Assembly: GCA_050744785.1 (NCBI GenBank)
Contig: JBOGHQ010000263.1
Coordinates: 1-46,013, forward strand
Reading direction: 5' to 3'
DNA: 46,013 nt
Origin: Acidimicrobiales bacterium
Lineage (GTDB): Bacteria > Actinomycetota > Acidimicrobiia > Acidimicrobiales > GCA-2861595
Within the stretch, counting starts at the first letter, position 1. Each line of letters opens with the position of its first letter. Below, piece after piece: positions 26,740 through 34,922 of this stretch. The position numbers and the translations under genes are program-made. The notes beneath the pieces are model-generated. The model worked only from the letters and a program-made list of their open reading frames with translations. It was not told where the DNA came from and ran no database searches.

Positions 26740-26771
26740 AATGAGGGGTGCGCTCGAATGAGGGTGCGCTC
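26739..26771 (+). repeat. Perfectly adjacent tandem direct repeat GAATGAGGG(G)TGCGCTC x2 in the asnB-GNAT / wzm intergenic region
   Basis: Unit 1 is 26739-26755 (17 nt) and unit 2 is 26756-26771 (16 nt, one G fewer). Two degenerate copies of the TGAGG(G)-TGC core follow at about 26806-26817 and 26819-26829. Confidence 0.8.
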
Positions 26772-26898
26772 GCCCGTCGGCAGGCCGCCCCCGGGGCCAT
26801 ACCATTGAGGGTTGCGCCTGAGGTGCTCGGCGCCCCACGTGGCGGACACTGGCCCGAGGGGGATGAAGCGACCCTGATGACCCCAACCACACACGACG

Positions 26899-27750
26899 AT
26901 GGCTGAGGGGGGCGGTCGCCTCGACGCTCCACCGCCCGAGCTCCGATTCCGGCGCAAGGTCGGAGTACGCCAGGCGCTGGGCGACCTCTGGCGCTTCCGG
27001 GAGCTGATCAGGGCTCTCACCGAGCGTCAGATCCGGGCCCGCTACAAGCAGGCCGCCCTCGGGCTGGCGTGGGCGATCATCACGCCCCTCGTCTACACGC
27101 TGGTCTTCACCCTCTTCTTCAGCCGAGTGGCGGACGTCGACACCGGCGGGGCTCCCTACGCCCTGTTCGCCTACCTGGGCCTTCTGCCGTGGACGTTCTT
27201 CTCGTCGTCGGTCTCCACGGGGGGCATCAGCCTGGTGATGAACATCTCCCTGCTCAACAAGGTGAACTGCCCTCGGGAGGTCTTCCCCCTCAGCAGCGTG
27301 GCCGGCGCCGGCGTGGACAGCGTCGTGGCCACGGGGATGCTCGGGTTGCTGTTCGTGATCACGGGGTACGCGCCCCGCGCCACGTCGTTCTGGGTCCTCG
27401 TCCTCGTGCCCATCGTGGTGGTCTTCGCCGTCGCCGTGAGCCTCGTGCTGTCCTCCATCACGGTGTATCTCCGCGATGTCGCCCACGTCCTCCCGATCAT
27501 CCTCCAGGTGGGCCTGTTCGCCACACCGGTCGCCTACGGCATCGAGGTCGTCCCGGCCGACCTGCGATGGCTCTACGCCATCGTCAACCCGATCGCCCCG
27601 GTCATCGACGGGCTCCGCCGCTCGGTCCTCCTGGGCCAGGCTCCCCGACTGGGCCTGGTGGCGCTCGCCGCCGCCAGCTCGGCGATGCTGCTGGTGCTCG
27701 CCTACCGCCTGTTCAAGCGGCTCGAGACCGGGATCGCCGATGTCGCCTAG
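26899..27750 (+). CDS. wzm: ABC-2 type polysaccharide export permease (Wzm)
   Basis: 283 aa with six TM helices. It has the typical N-terminal amphipathic segment LWRFRELIRALTERQIRARYKQAALGLAWAII. It overlaps the following ATPase gene by 11 nt. Confidence 0.85.
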   Translation: MAEGGGRLDAPPPELRFRRKVGVRQALGDLWRFRELIRALTERQIRARYKQAALGLAWAIITPLVYTLVFTLFFSRVADVDTGGAPYALFAYLGLLPWTFFSSSVSTGGISLVMNISLLNKVNCPREVFPLSSVAGAGVDSVVATGMLGLLFVITGYAPRATSFWVLVLVPIVVVFAVAVSLVLSSITVYLRDVAHVLPIILQVGLFATPVAYGIEVVPADLRWLYAIVNPIAPVIDGLRRSVLLGQAPRLGLVALAAASSAMLLVLAYRLFKRLETGIADVA

Positions 27751-28927
27751 GGGGACGGTCGCCGCCCGTCACGTGTGGAAGCGCTTCCGTCCGGACCGAG
27801 GGCGGTCGCTCCTCAGGGACGAGATCGAGCGACTGCGCGCCCACGGCCTCCGTGGCCGGCGCAAGGAGTGGACGTGGGCGCTCCGGGACGTCGACTTCGA
27901 GCTCGCGCCGGGCGGGTCCTTCGCCTTCGTCGGCTCCAACGGCTCCGGCAAGTCGACCCTGCTCAAGATCCTGACCCAGGTGATGTACCCCTATGCCGGC
28001 AGCATCGAGGCCGTGGGCAGGGTGGGTGCCCTCATCGAGGTGTCGTCGGGCATCCACCCGGATCTGACCGGACGGGAGAACTGCTTCTTCTACGGGACCC
28101 TGCTCGGGCTCGCGCGGGCGCAGGTGGCGGCGCGCTTCGACGAGATCGTTGCGTTCAGCGAGCTCGACGACGCCATCGACCGGCAGGTCAAGTACTACTC
28201 GAGCGGCATGAAGATGCGCCTCGGCTTCGGCGTCGCGGCCTTCCTGGAGCCGGACATCCTGCTCGTCGACGAGGTGCTGGCGGTGGGCGATGCGGCATTC
28301 CAGCAGCGGTGCCTGGACCGCATGCGCCAGGTCCTCGCCCAAGGGACGACGCTCGTGTACGTGTCCCACGACCTCGCCACCGTCGAGGCCATGTGCAGCC
28401 AGGCGCTGTGGCTGAGGAAGGGTGTCGTCGAGGAGATCGGCGCCACGAACGACGTGCTGGCCGGGTACCGGCGCTCGATCGAGGAAGGCGCGGAGACCGA
28501 CACGTCGATCGACGGAGCCGTGCGCGTCCTCAAGGCCGAGGTCAGCGGGGCGGGCCGCGACACCGTCGATGCGGGAGGCGAGGCCCGCATCGAGCTTCGC
28601 CTGCACGCGGCCGAGCCGCTCCACGGGACGCTCCAGCTCGGCATCAGCCAGGGCCCGGCGTCGCCCTTGCTCCTCGTCAAGCGGGACGTGGAGCTGGCCG
28701 GAGCGGAGGTCGTCGTGCGGTGCGTGCTGCCGTCGGTGCCCCTGGCGGCGGGGCGGTACTACCTGTGGCTCGGCGTCTTCACCGAGGTGGGCGCCGACCT
28801 GATGCCGTGGCACCCGGCCGCGCACTTCGACATCACGGGCCCTCCTCTGGTCGCCGCCCCCAAGGGCATCGTCCGCCTCGCCCCCATTCACGTCGACGCC
28901 GACTGGACCATCGCAGAGGCTGGGTAG
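27740..28927 (+). CDS. wzt: Polysaccharide ABC transporter ATPase (Wzt) with a C-terminal beta-rich extension of the Wzt glycan-binding type
   Basis: ATG at 27740 gives 395 aa. Walker A is GSNGSGKST, the signature is YSSGMKMRL and Walker B is ILLVDE. A further ~150 residues (VRVLKAEV...IELRLHA...LAAGRYYLWLGVF...HFDI) resemble Wzt C-terminal carbohydrate-binding modules. Confidence 0.85.
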   Translation: MSPRGTVAARHVWKRFRPDRGRSLLRDEIERLRAHGLRGRRKEWTWALRDVDFELAPGGSFAFVGSNGSGKSTLLKILTQVMYPYAGSIEAVGRVGALIEVSSGIHPDLTGRENCFFYGTLLGLARAQVAARFDEIVAFSELDDAIDRQVKYYSSGMKMRLGFGVAAFLEPDILLVDEVLAVGDAAFQQRCLDRMRQVLAQGTTLVYVSHDLATVEAMCSQALWLRKGVVEEIGATNDVLAGYRRSIEEGAETDTSIDGAVRVLKAEVSGAGRDTVDAGGEARIELRLHAAEPLHGTLQLGISQGPASPLLLVKRDVELAGAEVVVRCVLPSVPLAAGRYYLWLGVFTEVGADLMPWHPAAHFDITGPPLVAAPKGIVRLAPIHVDADWTIAEAG

Positions 28928-28958
28928 TGAGCGCACACGACGCGGTCTGCCGGGGCCC

Positions 28959-29756
28959 TCAGCGCTTCACCGCGGCCAGGCGCCATCGCTTCGCGTCCTC
29001 GAAGAGCGCCTCGACATGTCCGAAGGCGCGCTCGATCTCGTGCTCGCCTCCGGTGCCCTTTCGAACGTCGAGGACCACCGTCCCGCCGGGGCGGGTCGCC
29101 TCGGCTACGGCGTCGAGGTAGGTGGCGACCGGATAGTGAAAACCCCACGAGATCAACGAGACCGTGAGGTCGACCGGCTGGATGGCCTGGATCGCCTCCG
29201 GTCGGGGCTCCAACAGGTGGACCTGCGACCGCTCCACGCCGTTGGCCATGAGCAGCTCGACGGCGACCTCGAGCGAGTTGTAGAACGACGACGTGGCACG
29301 GTAACCGTACGCGATGGCAGAGGGCAGCTCGCTCCGGTCGAGGAGGAACGACTGAGCGACGCTGCCTCGCGAGAGGTAGAGCCGATGCAGGAGCGCGTCG
29401 ATGGCGGCGACCCCACATCCGATGTCCAGTATGCGCGTGCACCGCTCCGGCAGCACGCCGCGGATGCTGTCGAGGTCGGCGGCGATGCCCTGACCGAACC
29501 CGTGCTTCACGGCCCTGCGTCGCAGCCGGCTCTCCGCCTTGAGCACGGGGAGGGGGGCGGGCAACCGCAATCGACGGAGCGCAGGAGCCAGCGCCTGCAG
29601 GTCGGTCCGCTGGAGCAGGACGTACAGGACGGCCGCGTCCGGGACGACGAGAGCAGAGGGTCGCGAGGGGCGAAGGGGCCCGGCACCACGCGCCGCGGAG
29701 GGCCAGCGCCGACGGGAGGGCCGTCGACGCGACGCCGGCATGGGCACGAGCGTCAC
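28959..29756 (-). CDS. Class I SAM-dependent methyltransferase
   Basis: 265-aa ORF. Motif I is ILDIGCGVAAIDALL, with later acidic and hydrophobic strands (LISWGFHYP, GGTVVLDV). The N-terminal ~60 residues are Arg/Pro-rich, so the true start may lie further in. Confidence 0.6.
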   Translation of the reverse strand: MTLVPMPASRRRPSRRRWPSAARGAGPLRPSRPSALVVPDAAVLYVLLQRTDLQALAPALRRLRLPAPLPVLKAESRLRRRAVKHGFGQGIAADLDSIRGVLPERCTRILDIGCGVAAIDALLHRLYLSRGSVAQSFLLDRSELPSAIAYGYRATSSFYNSLEVAVELLMANGVERSQVHLLEPRPEAIQAIQPVDLTVSLISWGFHYPVATYLDAVAEATRPGGTVVLDVRKGTGGEHEIERAFGHVEALFEDAKRWRLAAVKR

Positions 29757-29777
29757 GGTACCTGGGCTGGCCCGGCC

Positions 29778-30692
29778 TCACGCCCCCTTGACGAGGGCGA
29801 CAGCCGCCCGCCGGAGGCGCCGCTTGGCCTCCAGGGCAACCGGGTTCCGCTCGAGTCGGACGGGCGCGAACGCCGTCTCGCCCGCGACGCTCCGCCACAG
29901 CCCTCGGAGCGGATGGGTGCAGTCCCGGTGCCAGGGCTTGGGCCGGTCCAGGAAGTGGACGACGCGGGGATCCTGGCGCGTGGCCTCGACGACTTCCTCC
30001 TCGTACAGCAGGAACGCACTGGAGCACTCGTCCCAGATCGGGGTCTGCTGGTTCCAGCCGGGGTCCAGCTCGGTCCAGTCACCGAGGACGGCGGTGTTCA
30101 GCAGGTCTTGGTCCAGATCGTCCCCCGCCGGCGCCGACCGACGGTTCTCGAGCGCTCGCTCGCTGATCCGCTGGGACCGCCATCGCTCGACGTCGATCAG
30201 GAGGAAGCCGGAGTTGAAGTACGGCGTCAATGGAGGAAGCCCCTGCGCCCGCCAGCTCCTCACGCCGCCCCACGAGCCGAAGTACGGCGAGTTCAGGTTT
30301 CGTACCGCGCCGAGGGGCCGGTCGGCCAGATCAGCCTCCCACAGCGGGTCCAGGGGCCGGCACACCACGACATCGCTGTCGAGGTAGAGGACACGACCGT
30401 CTCCTTGGACGACCTGGGGCACGAGCAGCCGGAAGAACGCGGCCGGGCTCAGGTGGCCGGTGGGACCGTCGAGGCCGGAGTCATGAGCGTCGACCCAGGT
30501 CAGGCTCCGACCAGCGAGCGGCGCCGAAGCCTCCACCTTGGCCCGAAGCTCCTGCGAGATGGCGTCGTGGAGGATCGTGACGTCGAAGCTGTCGTCGCTG
30601 TGGGTGAGGGCGGAGCGAAGGGTCACCGCCAGGGGCAGGGCGAAGGCGGCATCCGCGGCCAAGACCAAGTGGCGCCCGGCCGATCCGCTCAT
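29778..30692 (-). CDS. GT8-family retaining glycosyltransferase (LPS galactosyl/glucosyltransferase type)
   Basis: 304 aa. GT8 motifs are VLYLDSDVVV (DxD), YFNSGFLLIDVERW, DQDLLN and HFLDRPKPWH. Confidence 0.85.
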   Translation of the reverse strand: MSGSAGRHLVLAADAAFALPLAVTLRSALTHSDDSFDVTILHDAISQELRAKVEASAPLAGRSLTWVDAHDSGLDGPTGHLSPAAFFRLLVPQVVQGDGRVLYLDSDVVVCRPLDPLWEADLADRPLGAVRNLNSPYFGSWGGVRSWRAQGLPPLTPYFNSGFLLIDVERWRSQRISERALENRRSAPAGDDLDQDLLNTAVLGDWTELDPGWNQQTPIWDECSSAFLLYEEEVVEATRQDPRVVHFLDRPKPWHRDCTHPLRGLWRSVAGETAFAPVRLERNPVALEAKRRLRRAAVALVKGA

Positions 30693-30767
30693 GGGCGGAG
30701 GATAGCGACCGGTGGTGGGGCGGACAGCCTATCGGGTGGCTACCTTCGCAAGGCTGGGAGCTCGGTC

Positions 30768-31706
30768 TCACGGCTCGCCGGCGGGGGGGCCGAGCAGCTC
30801 CATGTCGATCCGGTCCAGGACCGCTGCGCTCGAGTCGCCGAACTTCCGGGCGAAATAGCGACTGGAGGCCCTCGCGTCCTCGATGTCGTCCTCGCCCAGC
30901 AGGCGCGGGTGCTGGCGGTGCTCGAACCGGGTGAAGTGCAACGCGTGGTTCCGGAGGTCGGCGGAATGGCGGCGGGCGAGGACGGTGTGGAACCACGACT
31001 CGGTCGGGATGGCCGTGCGCCGAAAGTACCGCAGCAGGTCGGCCTCGTGCTCGGCCGAGTCCAGGAGCTCGTCGACCAGCTCGCGCCTGAGGGCGAAGTA
31101 GTCGGGCCCTATGACGCAGCGCGTCGAACCGGTGAACGGGTGCCGCCTCACACGGGTCGCGAAGGCGCCCGGGAGCCCGTGTGGCCGTGGGCGGAAGTAG
31201 GTATGGGCCCGCATGACGGGGAGGCGCGTCGCCAGGTGGACCGCCCGTCCCACGCCACGGGCGCCGCCGAGCGTTCGCCAGGCGGGTTGCGGCAGCCAGT
31301 GGTGCCGGAAGAAGTATCGCCGCTGCTCCTCCGTTCCCGTCCCGGGTTCGATCCCGCGGAGGTGCAGGATCCCGGCGAACTCCGCGGTGGCGAGGAGGTC
31401 GTGGAACTCCCCGACCGGGCGAAGGGGGTAGTCCTGACCGGAGAGGATCACGAGCCACTCCGAGCCCCGCAGCACCCGCATCGAGCAGAGGACGGCGTCG
31501 AGGTAGGTGGCATCGCCCCAATTGACCACCCACGGGACCTCGAGCACGTCGACCCCGAGGGCCCTGATCTGTGGTGCCAGCCGTTCCTTCGACCCGTCCC
31601 ACTGGACGGCCACACGGCTCGGGGCCCGAGGGTCTGCCAGCCGGCGCACGAGACGGGCGAGGTGCGTCTGGTTCCCGTAGGCCGTGACCAGGTACTGGAC
31701 GGTCAT
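30768..31706 (-). CDS. Glycosyltransferase resembling GT14 (Core-2/I-branching, Branch family)
   Basis: 312 aa. The pattern is QYLVTAYGNQTHLARLVRRL...WGDATYLDAVLCSMRVL...LSGQDYPLRP, as in bacterial Branch-family proteins. ATGA overlap with the upstream GT4 gene. Confidence 0.6.
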   Translation of the reverse strand: MTVQYLVTAYGNQTHLARLVRRLADPRAPSRVAVQWDGSKERLAPQIRALGVDVLEVPWVVNWGDATYLDAVLCSMRVLRGSEWLVILSGQDYPLRPVGEFHDLLATAEFAGILHLRGIEPGTGTEEQRRYFFRHHWLPQPAWRTLGGARGVGRAVHLATRLPVMRAHTYFRPRPHGLPGAFATRVRRHPFTGSTRCVIGPDYFALRRELVDELLDSAEHEADLLRYFRRTAIPTESWFHTVLARRHSADLRNHALHFTRFEHRQHPRLLGEDDIEDARASSRYFARKFGDSSAAVLDRIDMELLGPPAGEP

Positions 31707-32854
31707 CGGCCGGCGGCAACCGCCTCGATGACCGCCGCCACGGCGGCGGGGGTGGAGTCGGGATGGTGATGGCGGCGAACGGCATCGGCTCCCCGCTGCC
31801 CGAGCAGCAGCCGCTCGGCCGGTTCCTCGGCCAGGCGCACGAGCTCGGCCGCCATCGCCTCTTCGTCACGGAACGGGGCAGTGACCCCGTTCTCGGCCAG
31901 CTCCATCGGACCGGCCGAGTCGGCGAAGCACAGCACCGGGCATCCTGCCGCTGCCGCCTCCATCGCAACCAGCGAGAGCGGCTCCTCACGGGAGGTCACC
32001 AGGACGACGTCGCAGGCCCCGTAGTACGGGTACACCGAGTCGGTCGGCGGGACCAGGGACACCGTGTCCTCCAGCCCGGCGTGCACGATGGCCGTCGACG
32101 CCCTGGCCCGGGCCGCCACCGTGGCACCGCCGACCCAGACGAATCGCAGCGGTCCGCTCCGCCAGGCGGTCGAGGCAAGCCTCGCCACCCTGACGAAGCG
32201 GTCGGTTCCCTTCACGCTCCCAACCCAACCGAACCCGCCCACCAGGAACGCATCGTCCGGGATCCCGAAGGCGCGCCGTACCGCCTGGGCGGCGGATGGG
32301 TCGTGGGGCGCGAGCGCCTCACGCTCGGGGGACCCGAGAATGGTGGTCACACGATCAGCCTGCACTCCGAGGCGTTCCACCAGCATCTCCCTGACCGCCC
32401 TCGACACGGCGATGAACTGACGGCCTCGCTCGAGCAGGATCGCCGTGCTGTCCCGGTGCATCCCCACCATGTCGTCGAGCTCGTGGACGTAGACGACGAC
32501 CGGTGCAGCACCCTCGAGGAACGGCGTGGCGAGCTTGCCCGCGGCCACGGTGTTCACCAGCACGACGTCGGGCCTCCCGACACGGCGGACCAGGTCCCGG
32601 TGGTGGAGGTGCCTCGCCTGGTCGCGCAGGGTCGTCGAGAGGCGCCCCGAAAGGCGTTCCACCCGGCGCCAGGCAAGAGGGTCGATCACGACGCGGTCGA
32701 TGCCCGATGCGAGGTCGGCGGCAATGGCGCCGCCCGACCCGAACAGAGCCGTGCAACGCCAGTCCGTGTTCTCGCTGGCCCAGCGGAGAAAGGAACGAAG
32801 GGCGATGGGTGCGCCTGTCCTCGTGCCGTACTCCGATATGGCGAGGAGGTGCAC
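31703..32854 (-). CDS. GT4-family glycosyltransferase
   Basis: 383 aa from a GTG start. It has a GT-B two-domain pattern with ...TSREEPLSLVAMEAAAAGCPVLCF... (E(x7)E). Confidence 0.8.
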   Translation of the reverse strand: MHLLAISEYGTRTGAPIALRSFLRWASENTDWRCTALFGSGGAIAADLASGIDRVVIDPLAWRRVERLSGRLSTTLRDQARHLHHRDLVRRVGRPDVVLVNTVAAGKLATPFLEGAAPVVVYVHELDDMVGMHRDSTAILLERGRQFIAVSRAVREMLVERLGVQADRVTTILGSPEREALAPHDPSAAQAVRRAFGIPDDAFLVGGFGWVGSVKGTDRFVRVARLASTAWRSGPLRFVWVGGATVAARARASTAIVHAGLEDTVSLVPPTDSVYPYYGACDVVLVTSREEPLSLVAMEAAAAGCPVLCFADSAGPMELAENGVTAPFRDEEAMAAELVRLAEEPAERLLLGQRGADAVRRHHHPDSTPAAVAAVIEAVAAGR

Positions 32855-32913
32855 GACGCACGGATCGTACCGGGGCGGTCCCTGTCCGTCCCATCAGGTC
32901 GGCCCGCCGGAAC

Positions 32914-34059
32914 ATGGGTTCAGCGGGTCGTCACGGGGATGGTTTCTTGTCGTCCGGTCTGAGGCTCCTGTTCGTCTCCGGAGTCGGGTGGGGCGGGTCC
33001 GCACGGAGCACCCTCGAGCTGGCCGGCGCGCTCGCCCGTCGCGGCAACGAGGTGGCCGTCGTCCTGGGAAGCTCGCCCGCCCATGACCACGGCTGGTTCC
33101 AGCGGGGCGTCAACGCATGGGTGAAGCTGTCGAGGACGCCACTCGAACCCGCACTCCGCTACCCCCTCCGCTACGTGGGTCGCCACCTCGACGGGCCCGA
33201 GCCCCTGAACGGTGCCCGCGTCTATCGATCACCAGTGCCCGAGAACGCCTACGCGCGCCTGCTGCGCGCGCCACGCCCTGATGCGGTCGTGGTCAGCAGC
33301 CTCAGCCGCGCCGCGTGGCGGTGGGTCCGCCACGACCTCGTGCGCGCCGGCGTACCGAGCGTGCTCTACCTCCGGGAGGCGCATGCGATCGGGCACCTGG
33401 CCGTGTCGAGGGCACCGGCTGACCTCGTCCTGGCCAACGCCGCCTCCTACGCCGAACGGCTGCGCGACCTGGGCTACGCCTGTGAGGTCGTCCCCTCCCT
33501 CGTCGTCCGGGACGAGGTCTGCGTGGACTCCACACGGGAGAGGGTGCTGTACGTCAATCCCGTTCCGGAGCAGGGCCTCGAGCACGTCCTGCAGCTGGCT
33601 GAGCGCCGTCCCGCCGTCCCCTTCGTCTTCCAGGAGTCATGGCCCCTGTCGGACGGGGAGTGGGCCGCCCTCGGTGCCAGGGCGAGCGGCCTTGGCAACG
33701 TCTCCCTGCGCCGCCGGGCCGCCCACCCGGCGACGATCTACCGCGATGCCCGCCTGCTCGTCGTGCCGCCCTCCCCCGGGCGCCCGCGCGTCGTCCTGGA
33801 GGCGCACCACAACGGCATCCCGGTGCTCGGCGCCGACCTGGCGCCGATCCGCGAGATCGTCGGGCAAGGAGGGATCCTGGTGGCGGAGGACGCCGGGCCG
33901 GCCGACTGGGGTCGCGCCCTCGATCAGCTTTGGGAGCCCGGGCCGGCCTACGACTCGGCCGTCGAGGCCGCCCTGGCGAACGACCGCCGTCCGGAGCTCC
34001 AACCGGACGCGATCGTGGACCGGTTCGAGCACCTCGTCGCCGGCGTAGCTCGCCGGTGA
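32914..34059 (+). CDS. GT4-like (GT-B fold) glycosyltransferase
   Basis: ATG at 32914 gives 381 aa (MGSAGRHGDGFLSSGLRLLFVSGVGWGGSARSTLELAGALARRGNEV...). The C-terminal half has ...PPSPGRPRVVLEAHHNGIPVLGADL... It diverges from the previous GT4 gene across 59 nt. Confidence 0.65.
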   Translation: MGSAGRHGDGFLSSGLRLLFVSGVGWGGSARSTLELAGALARRGNEVAVVLGSSPAHDHGWFQRGVNAWVKLSRTPLEPALRYPLRYVGRHLDGPEPLNGARVYRSPVPENAYARLLRAPRPDAVVVSSLSRAAWRWVRHDLVRAGVPSVLYLREAHAIGHLAVSRAPADLVLANAASYAERLRDLGYACEVVPSLVVRDEVCVDSTRERVLYVNPVPEQGLEHVLQLAERRPAVPFVFQESWPLSDGEWAALGARASGLGNVSLRRRAAHPATIYRDARLLVVPPSPGRPRVVLEAHHNGIPVLGADLAPIREIVGQGGILVAEDAGPADWGRALDQLWEPGPAYDSAVEAALANDRRPELQPDAIVDRFEHLVAGVARR

Positions 34060-34922
34060 CGGCCCTGAGCGTGGTCATTCCCGTCCACGACAACGTCGGC
34101 ACCCTCGAACAGCAGCTGCTCGCCGTCCTGGCCGGCACGGACGTCGGCGACGAGGTCGTGGTGGTCGACAACCGATCGACCGACGGGTCCAAGGCCGTGG
34201 CCGAGCAGGTGGGCCGACTGGCCGCGGCCAGGGGCGGTGGGCGTGTCCGAGTGGTCGAAGCTCACGGGCGGCTGGGGGAAGGACACGCCCGCAACGTCGG
34301 GGTGGCGGCGGCCGCCAACGATCTCGTCGCGTTCTGTGACGGCGACGACGTGGTCGGTGAGGGCTGGGCCGGCGCCATGCGTGACGGTCTGGCCAAGCAT
34401 CGTTACGTGTGCGGGCCGGTCGACGTCGACAGGCTGAACCCTCCTTGGCTGGCCGGCGTGCGGGGCCGGTCCATCTTCCAGAACCGCGCCCTCCTGTTCG
34501 GCCTGGTGCCGTTCGCCCACGGCTGCAACCTCGGCGTACACCGCGCCCTGGCCGAGCAGCTCGGCTTCGACGAGGACCTCGAGATAGGCGTTGACATCGA
34601 CTTCGCCATCAGGGCCTGGGAGCTGGGCGTCGAGATGGGATGGTTGCCCGACGCGGTCGTTCACTACCGCCACCGGACCTCCATGCGGGCCCTGTGGCGG
34701 CAGGGCGTGGGCTATGGGAGGACCCGCCCTCGTCTCCGTCGTCGCCTGCACGGCCTCGTACCGCGCCGCACGTGGTGGCACAACGCCCGTAACGTCGTCT
34801 GGCTGGTCCGCCGAGTGCCCCGCCTCGGTGACCGTGCCACGCGTGCCAGGTGGGTATGGGTGGCGGCCCAGCTCGTCGGTGAGGGCTGGGGCGCCGCCGA
34901 TCGGCTTCGGCTTCGTCGTTGA
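34056..34922 (+). CDS. GT2-family glycosyltransferase (paralogue 1 of a tandem pair)
   Basis: GTG at 34056 overlaps the previous stop (GTGA) and gives 288 aa. Motifs: LSVVIPVHDN, VVVVDNRSTDGS, AFCDGDD (DxD). Confidence 0.85.
   Translation: MTALSVVIPVHDNVGTLEQQLLAVLAGTDVGDEVVVVDNRSTDGSKAVAEQVGRLAAARGGGRVRVVEAHGRLGEGHARNVGVAAAANDLVAFCDGDDVVGEGWAGAMRDGLAKHRYVCGPVDVDRLNPPWLAGVRGRSIFQNRALLFGLVPFAHGCNLGVHRALAEQLGFDEDLEIGVDIDFAIRAWELGVEMGWLPDAVVHYRHRTSMRALWRQGVGYGRTRPRLRRRLHGLVPRRTWWHNARNVVWLVRRVPRLGDRATRARWVWVAAQLVGEGWGAADRLRLRR

Noticed and set aside
11286-28927. Interpretation as a canonical lasso-peptide biosynthetic cluster (PqqD/B1, Asn-synthase-like cyclase, HprK kinase, nucleotidyltransferase, ABC transporter)
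   Set aside because: - No transglutaminase-like B2 protease and no plausible short precursor ORF was found.
- The AsnB homologue retains the glutaminase Cys and is full length.
- The ABC system is a Wzm/Wzt polysaccharide exporter, not a lasso-type ABC exporter.
- The components are separated by about 8 kb of glycan genes.
29016-31769. 917-aa plus-strand ORF. Similar long ORFs are 20098-22551 (+), 15856-17550 (+), 17376-19241 (+), 40986-42929 (+), 42664-44226 (+), 7376-9379 (-), 18859-20268 (-) and 30481-31989 (-).
   Set aside because: All overlap genes with clear family motifs, either on the other strand or in another frame. All translate to Arg/Gly/Pro/His-rich low-information sequence, so they are shadow ORFs.
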